In this document: in pieces, positions 16,432 through 23,585 of the stretch
Numbering within the stretch: the first letter of the stretch is position 1
How the letters are laid out: every line of letters starts with the position of its first letter
DNA from: an uncultured Anaerolineales bacterium
Lineage (GTDB): Bacteria; Chloroflexota; Anaerolineae; CG2-30-64-16
Direction: 5' to 3'
DNA: 32,000 bases
Assembly (NCBI GenBank): GCA_964551735.1
Contig: CAZKEF010000019.1
Span: 51,958-83,957 of the forward strand
Notes under the pieces: model-generated
The model's input: the letters and a program-made list of their open reading frames with translations, nothing else
Told to the model about the DNA's origin: nothing
Database searches by the model: none
Program-made: the position numbers and the translations under genes

Positions 16432-17339
16432 TCCCCCGGCTTCAACCAACGCGCCTCGATTGCCGCCAGCGTGCCGTCGGCGGCCAAAGCAGCCAACGCT
16501 TCGTTGACTGCCCGGCGCAGGTCCGGCGCGTTGCGGGGGAGAACAATGACGTAGGGGTCGCTGTCAACGACCGCCACGGGTTCCAGGCCGCCGCCGTGGA
16601 GCGCCAGGCTGATGGCGTCGGCCAGGGCCACGTCCGCCTCGCCGGCAGCCACGGCGTCCAGGGCCGCGGTCACCGTGTCGCGCAACACCAGCGAAAACCC
16701 ATCGGGCAGCCCGCGCTGCAAGATGCGCGCCTGCGCGTCGCCCGCGCTGCCCCACTCCGCGGCCACACGGCGGCCGGCCAGGTCGTCTGGACCGCGCACG
16801 GGGCTGCCGGGCGGCACAGCCAGCACGATACCGGCCTCGATGTATGGCTCCGAGAACGCGACCTCCTGCGAGCGCTCCGCGAAGATCGGCATGGCCGACA
16901 GCGCGCTGTCCACCTTGTGCGCGTAGACGGCATCTATAAGTTGGTCGAAGCCCACGCCGACGAACTCGACGCGCGCGCCCCAACGCGCCGCGATGGCCCG
17001 CGCCAGGTCCACGTCCAGGCCCACGGGCTGCTGCGTCGCAACGTCCAGGTTCTCGAAGGGCGGAAAGCTTGGATCCATCCCCACCCGCCAGACGCCGGTC
17101 TCCTGGATGCGCGCCCAGACGGCATCACGACCGATGAAGCCGCCGAGCCGCAACAGCAGCAACGCCACGAGCAGCAGCCCTGCGGCCAGCGCACCGCCGA
17201 TGATGAACCTACATTTACCTGAATCGAGGACGGGACGCGGACGGCCGCGGATGAACGCGGAGAATCTCTTGCTTCCGCACCCGCCCGTGTTCATCCGCGG
17301 CCCGTTCTGGCCGTCCAGGCGTCCAAAATCAGCGCACAT
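16428..17339 (-). CDS. Family-3 (amino-acid type) ABC transporter substrate-binding protein, membrane-anchored
   Basis: WRVGMDPSFPPFENLDVATQQPVGLDVDLARAIAARWGARVEFVGVGFDQLIDAVYAHKVDSALSAMPIFAERSQEVAFSEPY is an SBP_bac_3-like signature, preceded by a TM anchor (FIIGGALAAGLLLVALLLL). The start is uncertain: ATG 17339 overlaps the upstream stop, and ATG 17294 is the alternative. Confidence 0.75.
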   Translation of the reverse strand: MCADFGRLDGQNGPRMNTGGCGSKRFSAFIRGRPRPVLDSGKCRFIIGGALAAGLLLVALLLLRLGGFIGRDAVWARIQETGVWRVGMDPSFPPFENLDVATQQPVGLDVDLARAIAARWGARVEFVGVGFDQLIDAVYAHKVDSALSAMPIFAERSQEVAFSEPYIEAGIVLAVPPGSPVRGPDDLAGRRVAAEWGSAGDAQARILQRGLPDGFSLVLRDTVTAALDAVAAGEADVALADAISLALHGGGLEPVAVVDSDPYVIVLPRNAPDLRRAVNEALAALAADGTLAAIEARWLKPGE

Positions 17340-18453
17340 CGGTTCCCGTCAGCGATACCGGCCGCCCTACCGCGTAGGCCTGCACCGCCAGGTAGATCGG
17401 CTTGGGCAGAAACTCACTGTCCACAAAGGTGTAGTAGTCCTGATAGGTGCCCGCAGGTGCGGGATAACGAAACGCCCACAGGCAGACGGCCTGCACCCAG
17501 GGCCACTCGGCCAGCGCCTTATCATAGGCTCGGATGGTGTACGCCACGCGCTGCGCGGGCCGCACGGCCTTGGTCCAGCGCGGGTGGTCGTTCCAGCCCC
17601 CCTCGGTGATCATCACCGGTTTGGCCGCGTCGCCGTTGCGGATCATGATCTCCCGCAGCAGCTCGACCCGGCTGAAGTTCACCGCATCGGCCGCGGCCGG
17701 TTCGTCCGGGCTGAAGGTCCAGCCGTAACTGTGCACCGCCAACACGTCGAAATACGCCCCGGCCCCGGCATCGTACATGTCCTGCAGGTAGTCCAGGTCG
17801 TTCAGGCCCCACTCGCTGTCCCGCGGGGCCACGGTCGGCGCCAAGGCACCCCCGAGGACCTGGACGTCGGGGTTAGCCCGCTTGGCGGCCCTGTAGGCGC
17901 GGCGCAGCAGCTCGGTGTAGCTCGCGGGATCCACCGGCCGGAAACCCCACTCCTGACTCAGGTTCGGCTCGTTCCAGATGACGATGTGGCGCACGCGGCC
18001 CCGGAAGTGCGCGGTAAACGCGGCGACAAAGCGGGCGAATTCATCGTAGCCCTCCTCATCCAGATACAGGTGTGACGCGTTGGCCGGCCGGGCCCACTCA
18101 GGCACATAGCCCAGCCGGGCGATCAGCGTGATCCCTTGGTTGACCGCGTGATCCACTACCAAGTCGGCGTGCGCCCAGTCGTAGACCCCTCGCGCCGGTT
18201 CATGCGCAGCCCACAGGAAGTACTCCACCGCCCACGACGCGCCCATCTCACGCGTCATCTCAAAGGTGCGCTGGATCTTCCATGCCTCCACCTCATCGGT
18301 CAGCCGCGTGTGGACGCCCAGCTTGGGGTTCACCGAGACCACCTGCTGCTGCGGGCCGAACTCTGCCCAAGGGCGGGTGGCGCGGGCCAGAAGTAAGACT
18401 GCCATCGCCAAGACCAGCAGTGCGCAGCGCAATCGGCCAGCCCGGCTCATCAT
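17329..18453 (-). CDS. Clan GH-A (TIM-barrel, cellulase-like) glycoside hydrolase, secreted or anchored
   Basis: HIVIWNEPNLSQEW (NEP acid/base Glu) and VMITEGGWNDH (nucleophile Glu) are spaced as in GH-A enzymes. The N-terminal signal/anchor is MMSRAGRLRCALLVLAMAVLLLARA. I chose the start at 18453 so the gene does not overlap the divergent promoter at 18458-18486. Confidence 0.7.
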   Translation of the reverse strand: MMSRAGRLRCALLVLAMAVLLLARATRPWAEFGPQQQVVSVNPKLGVHTRLTDEVEAWKIQRTFEMTREMGASWAVEYFLWAAHEPARGVYDWAHADLVVDHAVNQGITLIARLGYVPEWARPANASHLYLDEEGYDEFARFVAAFTAHFRGRVRHIVIWNEPNLSQEWGFRPVDPASYTELLRRAYRAAKRANPDVQVLGGALAPTVAPRDSEWGLNDLDYLQDMYDAGAGAYFDVLAVHSYGWTFSPDEPAAADAVNFSRVELLREIMIRNGDAAKPVMITEGGWNDHPRWTKAVRPAQRVAYTIRAYDKALAEWPWVQAVCLWAFRYPAPAGTYQDYYTFVDSEFLPKPIYLAVQAYAVGRPVSLTGTDVR

Positions 18454-18457
18454 CCTC

Positions 18458-18486
18458 TTGTCATTCTTTGCACCCTGTGCTATAAT
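18458..18486 (+). promoter_or_regulatory. Near-consensus sigma70 promoter for the two small membrane-protein genes
   Basis: TTGTCA (18458-18463), a 17-nt spacer, then TGcTATAAT (hexamer 18481-18486). A 6-bp inverted repeat ATTGCT-n6-AGCAAT (18485-18502) overlaps the predicted start site and could be an operator. Confidence 0.65.
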
Positions 18487-18522
18487 TGCTTTTGATAGCA
18501 ATATCCATCAAGGAGGCCCCCT

Positions 18523-18828
18523 GTGACCCTCGCCAACTGGCGTGATCTCGCAGTTGTTCTGCTAGCCGTTGAGGCGTTTTTCATCAGCCTGATACCGGGT
18601 GTGATCCTCTACTTTGCCGTGCGCGGGATGCTGTGGGTGATCCGCAAACTGCGCGTCACGGCACCCACTGTCCAGGGCTACTTCCGTAAAGCAGCCGATA
18701 TCTCCGAACAGGTTAGCCAGCGCACTGCTGCCCCCTTCATTGCGGTCAGTGCCACCCTGGCCCAGGTGAATCGCTGGCGGTCCGCACCCATGACCTTGCT
18801 GAAATCAATGAAAGAGGCATCCCCGTGA
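18523..18828 (+). CDS. Small membrane protein (101 aa), hypothetical
   Basis: The GTG start has an AGGAGG RBS 6 nt upstream. There is one clear TM segment (LAVVLLAVEAFFISLIPGVILYFAV). Confidence 0.6.
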   Translation: MTLANWRDLAVVLLAVEAFFISLIPGVILYFAVRGMLWVIRKLRVTAPTVQGYFRKAADISEQVSQRTAAPFIAVSATLAQVNRWRSAPMTLLKSMKEASP

Positions 18829-19049
18829 CATCCCGTAACACAGCTATCATTATCGGCGGCGCGGTCGGCGCTGTGCTGGGCGCCACTGCCGCCTGGGCAT
18901 ACACGCAAGCGCAACAGGGCAAACTGATCAGCGGCGTCGAGGCCGGCCAACAACTGCGGCTGCAAGCCGGAGCGCCGGACTATGTCAAAATCGCGGTGGC
19001 GGTAGTTGCCCTGGTACGCCAGGTGACTGACCTGTTCAAGCCGGGTTGA
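18825..19049 (+). CDS. Small Gly/Ala-rich membrane protein (74 aa), hypothetical
   Basis: GTGA start/stop overlap with the previous gene, with AAAGAGG 7 nt upstream. The TM-like segment is AIIIGGAVGAVLGATAAWAY. Confidence 0.55.
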   Translation: MTSRNTAIIIGGAVGAVLGATAAWAYTQAQQGKLISGVEAGQQLRLQAGAPDYVKIAVAVVALVRQVTDLFKPG

Positions 19050-19312
19050 GCATCCGCCCAAACACGCTTTCGTTGCCACTCGCGAGCGCACTGCAAAATA
19101 GCCGAAACGTCCAGGCTGCTGTGGCAGCGTTTATCACGAGATCGCCATTCGTTATGCGTGATTTACAGGCAAGAGCCGAATTTTATTGAGTTAGATGCAA
19201 TTCTACCTTGCACAGGGCGGGTTGTCAAATCAATCCTGTGCGGCAAGACATGGCAGCCAATTGTTGATATCCCCGCAGGGTGGGATGAAAAGCACCGTTC
19301 AAAGGCCTGCCC

Positions 19313-21097
19313 ATGAAACAACGAACTGCGCTGACGGGTTGGCTCCTTCGCCTGCGCCAGGCATTATCCGCCCACCGATGGGTCATCATCGGCCTGCTCT
19401 GGCTAGCCACTCTCCTCTTAGGCTATATCGGTTTCAGCAACTACGCGATGGCTACAGGCGGTGTCCAAGCGCGCATGGACACGCTTTATCTGACGATCCA
19501 GCTCTTTATCTTGGAGTCGGGATCGGTGCCCGGTCCGAAGCCGTGGGAACTGGAGGCCGCGCGGTTGCTGGCCCCCACTGTGGCGGCATACACCGCCGTG
19601 CAAGCGTTGGCGCTGCTGTTTGCAGAGCAATTCCAGGCCCTTCAGCTCCGCTTCGCACGCCACCACGAGATCATCTGTGGGCTGGGCCGTCGCGGCACGC
19701 TGTTGGCCCGTTCTTTTCGGGCGCAGGGCCATCGGGTTGTCGTCATCGAACAGGACCACAACAACGACGCCATCAGAGCCTGCCGGCAGCAGGGTATCAT
19801 CGTGCTCATTGGTGACGCCCGCAACGCTGATCTGCTCCTACGCGCCGGCGTGCTGCACGCTCGCCATCTGATCGCCGTGTGCGACGATGATGGGGTAAAC
19901 GCCGAGATCGCCGTGCAGGCCCGACGGCTGTCCGCTCGCCGGGGCGGGTTGCCCCTCACGTGCCTGGTGCACCTGGTGCAACCGCAGTTGTGTGAGTTGT
20001 TGCACGACCGCAGCTTCGATTCAGCCAATCATAACACCTTCCGCCTGGAATTCTTCAATACGTTTGACCTGGGCGCGCAACTCTTGCTGGAGAGATTCCC
20101 GCCGCTGCGGGAAGGGCAAACCGGGCCACCGCACATGGTGCTCCTGGGGTTCGGCAGCCTGGGGCAAAGCCTGGCCCTCCGCGCCGCACGCGCTCGGACG
20201 TGTGGCCGTGAACCCCCCAATGAGCGCTTGCGGATCACAGTGGTCGATCGCGAGGCCGAGCGAAAAGTCAAGCTGATCATTCTGCGGTATCCCCGGCTGC
20301 ACGAAGCGTGTGACTTGGTTCCGTGCGCGATTGACCTGCGGGGGCCCGAGTTTCAACAGGCGGACTTCCTGCGGGATGAGGCGGGCCAGCTGTGCGTCAC
20401 CGCTATCTACAGTTGCCTTGACGACGATGCACAGGGGCTAATGGCCGCGCTGACGTTGGCAGCCCATGTGCGCGATCAGGATATCCCTATCGTCATCCGC
20501 ACCAGCAGCCGCGGTGGCCTGGCAAGCCTGCTCTACCGGGATGACGCCACAGACAGTTACAGCTCACTGCACGCATTTCCTCTCCTGGAGTACAGTTGCA
20601 CGCCGAGCCTGGTTTTGGGGGGCATGCATGAAACCGTGGCCCGCGCATTGCATCAACGGTATGTGCAACAAGGCGAGGCGCAAGGCCAGACCCCCGCATC
20701 GAATCCCTCCATAGTGCCCTGGGACCAATTGACGGCCGAAATCCAAGAGGGCAACCGCACCCAGGCGGATGCGATCAGCGCGATGCTCCGTGCAGCAGGG
20801 TACAGCCTGGCCCCACTCACAGATTGGAGCGCCTGGCGATTCCGCTTCCCCGAAGCTGATGTCGAGCTGATGGCCCAATTGGAGCACAAACGTTATGTTA
20901 CCGAACGGCTCCGTGCCGGCTGGTCCCTGGGGCCTAAAGACATCGCCGAAAAAACGAATCCGAACCTGGTGCCGTGGGAACAACTGACGCCCGACGCGCA
21001 AGAGCGCACCCGCCACCCCATCCGTGAGCTACCCTGCATCTTGGCCGAGGCCGGGCTTGAAGTGTATCCGATGAAAAGGGGTGGCAAACATGGATGA
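19313..21097 (+). CDS. Channel-like 2-TM protein with tandem Rossmann (TrkA-N/RCK-like) domains and a C-terminal bipartite RyR module
   Basis: The N-terminus has TM1 WVIIGLLWLATLLLGYIGF, a pore-helix-like DTLYLTIQLFILESGSVPGP (no TVGYG filter) and TM2 LLAPTVAAYTAVQALALLF. Rossmann 1 is EIICGLGRRGTLLARSFRAQGHRVVVIEQD. Rossmann 2 is HMVLLGFGSLGQSLALRAA. The C-terminal RyR-like repeats are ARALHQRYV...VPWDQLTAEIQEGNRTQADAI and LEHKRYVTERLRAGWSLGPKDIAEKTNPNLVPWEQLTPDAQERTRHPIRELPCILAEAGLEV. Confidence 0.75.
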   Translation: MKQRTALTGWLLRLRQALSAHRWVIIGLLWLATLLLGYIGFSNYAMATGGVQARMDTLYLTIQLFILESGSVPGPKPWELEAARLLAPTVAAYTAVQALALLFAEQFQALQLRFARHHEIICGLGRRGTLLARSFRAQGHRVVVIEQDHNNDAIRACRQQGIIVLIGDARNADLLLRAGVLHARHLIAVCDDDGVNAEIAVQARRLSARRGGLPLTCLVHLVQPQLCELLHDRSFDSANHNTFRLEFFNTFDLGAQLLLERFPPLREGQTGPPHMVLLGFGSLGQSLALRAARARTCGREPPNERLRITVVDREAERKVKLIILRYPRLHEACDLVPCAIDLRGPEFQQADFLRDEAGQLCVTAIYSCLDDDAQGLMAALTLAAHVRDQDIPIVIRTSSRGGLASLLYRDDATDSYSSLHAFPLLEYSCTPSLVLGGMHETVARALHQRYVQQGEAQGQTPASNPSIVPWDQLTAEIQEGNRTQADAISAMLRAAGYSLAPLTDWSAWRFRFPEADVELMAQLEHKRYVTERLRAGWSLGPKDIAEKTNPNLVPWEQLTPDAQERTRHPIRELPCILAEAGLEVYPMKRGGKHG

Positions 21098-23570
21098 AAA
21101 AACATCTGATTTCGGATGGACGCAGGCCCAGATCGCACAATATGAGCTGGCCTTCCCGCGCTATCAGCAATATGCCGACACGCTGCACAGCGTGCTGAAC
21201 CAGGCCACCAAGAAACATGCGCCCCACGCGATCGTACAAGCGCGACCCAAGGCCATCGCCAGTTTCGCGGAGAAGATCCAGCGCAAGCGCCACAAGTACC
21301 GCGACCCGATCAACCAGATCACCGACCTGTGCGGCGGCCGAGTTATCACGCACACCCCGGAGGAAGTCCGGGCGATGTGCGCCTTCATCGAGCAGCATTT
21401 CACCATTGACTGGGATAACACCATCGATGTATCGCAGCGCCTCAAGCCGACCGAGTTCGGCTATCGGTCAGTGCATTACATCGCGCAGTTCAAGCCCGGT
21501 GTCTTCCCCAACGATATTGTCACCACGGAAATCCCAGAGACAGTGTACGGCCTCAAAGCCGAAATCCAAGTCCGCACCATTTTGGAGCACGCCTGGGCTG
21601 ATTTCAACCATCGGCTGGTCTATAAGAGCCCCTTCCCCATCCCCACCAAATGGCAGCGCGAATTCGCGGGCCTGGCCGCCATCCTGGAACGCACAGACAC
21701 CGCGTTTGCCGCCATTGAAACCGGATTCAAGACCTACGCGACCAACTATGGCACCTACATGACCGCTGAACAGATGCGGGATGAGATCGCTTTGCTGGAG
21801 ATCGTCATGGCATGTGACCCCGACAACGTCGATCTCGCCCATCGGATCGGCAAGTTGGCGGTTACGTTGGGCGATTGGAAGAAGGCGATCAGCATCTTCT
21901 CACGTTATGTTCACACAGGCTATCAACCCATCCTCAAGGACCTCGGGATCGCGCTGTGCAAGCTGCACGTTGAGAGGCCGGACAGCCCCGAGTATCAGCA
22001 AGGCCGGCGCTACCTGGAGCAGGCCAGCGCGCCTGAATACCGGGATGCGGATGCCCTGGCGTCGCTGGCAAGCACCTGGAAACGGTCTGACCCGGATCGG
22101 GCGCGGCAACTCTACCGGCAAGCATTTGAGGCGAATCCCGAAGATCCGTATGCGTTGGGGCAGTACCTGGAATACGAGATCGCCCATCGACGCGACATGC
22201 ACCTGGCAACACTGCTCCGCCCGGTCATCGAAGCGGCGATCGAACGGTGTCGCGAGCGCGCAGAGGTGGGGGTCGACCTGCCGTGGGCATACTACGACAT
22301 CGGCAGGTTCTCGCTACTGCTAGATAGACCCTATGATAGCCTGAACGCTTACATTAGGGCCGTCCACTTAACCAACGATGACTGGATGGTCGAAACCTCA
22401 TTGCAGTCGGTGGAGCGTCTCGCCGTGGTGGCTGCGATCCTACCAGGTCATGCATGGGTGCGACGCTTCCTATGGCTGGCGCGCGCGACCAAATTCGACG
22501 TGGCGCAGGCCCGAGAGGAGCTCAAGCGGCTGGCATCAGCCGGCCAAGCGCCGATTCGCGGGCCAGTGGTATTGGTGGCCGGGGCCTGCGATGCCAGCGA
22601 GGAGCACCTGATCCAGGGCTACCGGCCCCTGTTGATGACCGCCTTTGCCGGCTTCCACGGCACCATCATCTCAGGCGGCACCCGCGCCGGGGTCGCCGGC
22701 CTGGCGGGTGACGTGCAGCAGACCTACCCGGCCGACATCCGCACCATCGGCTATGTCCCGCAGCGACGCCCCACCGATGTCATGATGGATGAGCGCTACG
22801 GTGAGATCCGTTACACCACGGGCGATGACTTCAGCCCGCTGGAGCCGCTCCAATACTGGACCGACCTGGTCGCCTCCGCGATTGCCGCGTCCGATGTCAA
22901 GCTGATCGGCATGAGCGGAGGGACCATCGCCGCAGTGGAATACCGTATGGCCCTGGCGCTGGGCGCACGGGTCGCGGTGATTGAGGCCAGCGGCCGGGCC
23001 GCGGCCAGGCTACTTGCCGACGACAACTGGCGCACCTCGGAAGCGCTCCTGCTCTTGCCGGCCGAGGGACAGATCGTGCACGAATTCGTCCGCCCAACGA
23101 TGGACCAACTTCTGCCTGCACAGCGAGAACACATCGGCCAGGCCATCCACCGGGCCTACTGTGAAGCAGAGGCCAACCTCCTGCAGTACGACGATCCTGC
23201 GTTGGCGCCCTGGGGCGCGTTGCTGGACTATCTGAAGGAATCCAACCGGCTGCAGGCTGATCATATCCCGGAGAAGATGCGCCAGATCGGCTGCCGCATT
23301 GTGCCGGCGCACGGCCGCGCAGCAACACCGATCACGTTCACAGATGCCGAGATTGAGACGCTGGCTTGTGCCGAGCATGCGCGTTGGGTCATCGAGCGCG
23401 TACGCGACGGCTGGAAACCGGGCGCGCAACGCGACGTGTTGCACAAAATCAGTCCCTACCTCACAGCATGGGACGCGCTGCCCGAGGAAATCAAAGAGCG
23501 CAGCCGATGCATCGTGCGCAAGATCCCGACATTCCTTGCCGAGGTGCAGCTCGAAATTCAACGCGGGTGA
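21090..23570 (+). CDS. RelA/SpoT-family nucleotide pyrophosphokinase fused to TPR repeats, an LSDAT-type SLOG domain and a bipartite RyR module
   Basis: The ATG at 21090 overlaps the upstream stop (ATGGATGA) and has AAGGGGTGG upstream; an alternative GTG lies at 21081. The synthetase motifs are all present: ARPKAIASFAEKIQRK, DLCGGRVI, EFGYRSVHYI, AEIQVRTILEHAWADFNHRLVYK. The middle region is TPR-like (aa ~240-470). The SLOG part reads GPVVLVAGACD...TIISGGTRAGVAGLAGD...IGYVP...LIGMSGGTIAAVEYRMALALGARVAVIEASGRAAARLLAD, and the last motif resembles the GSGRaADlLA of TRPM-type LSDAT domains. The C-terminal RyR-like repeats are IHRAYCE...APWGALLDYLKESNRLQADHI and AEHARWVIERVRDGWKPGAQRDVLHKISPYLTAWDALPEEIKERSRCIVRKIPTFLAEV. 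Confidence 0.8.
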   Translation: MDEKTSDFGWTQAQIAQYELAFPRYQQYADTLHSVLNQATKKHAPHAIVQARPKAIASFAEKIQRKRHKYRDPINQITDLCGGRVITHTPEEVRAMCAFIEQHFTIDWDNTIDVSQRLKPTEFGYRSVHYIAQFKPGVFPNDIVTTEIPETVYGLKAEIQVRTILEHAWADFNHRLVYKSPFPIPTKWQREFAGLAAILERTDTAFAAIETGFKTYATNYGTYMTAEQMRDEIALLEIVMACDPDNVDLAHRIGKLAVTLGDWKKAISIFSRYVHTGYQPILKDLGIALCKLHVERPDSPEYQQGRRYLEQASAPEYRDADALASLASTWKRSDPDRARQLYRQAFEANPEDPYALGQYLEYEIAHRRDMHLATLLRPVIEAAIERCRERAEVGVDLPWAYYDIGRFSLLLDRPYDSLNAYIRAVHLTNDDWMVETSLQSVERLAVVAAILPGHAWVRRFLWLARATKFDVAQAREELKRLASAGQAPIRGPVVLVAGACDASEEHLIQGYRPLLMTAFAGFHGTIISGGTRAGVAGLAGDVQQTYPADIRTIGYVPQRRPTDVMMDERYGEIRYTTGDDFSPLEPLQYWTDLVASAIAASDVKLIGMSGGTIAAVEYRMALALGARVAVIEASGRAAARLLADDNWRTSEALLLLPAEGQIVHEFVRPTMDQLLPAQREHIGQAIHRAYCEAEANLLQYDDPALAPWGALLDYLKESNRLQADHIPEKMRQIGCRIVPAHGRAATPITFTDAEIETLACAEHARWVIERVRDGWKPGAQRDVLHKISPYLTAWDALPEEIKERSRCIVRKIPTFLAEVQLEIQRG

Positions 23571-23585
23571 AAGGAGGCGGACACC

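Noticed and set aside
16993-18075. 360-aa ORF antisense to the solute-binding protein and glycosidase genes.
   Set aside because: It is a shadow ORF with Arg/Pro-rich composition, and it crosses a gene boundary on the opposite strand.
19050-19312. Searched the AT-richer 263-nt region upstream of the three-gene locus for a promoter or terminator. Candidates were TTTACA-16/17-TATTGA at ~19163-19191 and an imperfect hairpin at ~19105-19132.
   Set aside because: No candidate has a convincing -10 hexamer or stem plus U-tract. I cannot decide from sequence alone whether the locus has its own promoter or is read through from the promoter at 18458.
19195-19815. 206-aa ORF overlapping the intergenic region and the 5' part of the channel-like gene.
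   Set aside because: It is out of frame with a gene that shows TM helices and GxGxxG Rossmann motifs, and its translation is Pro/Arg/Gly/Ser-rich.
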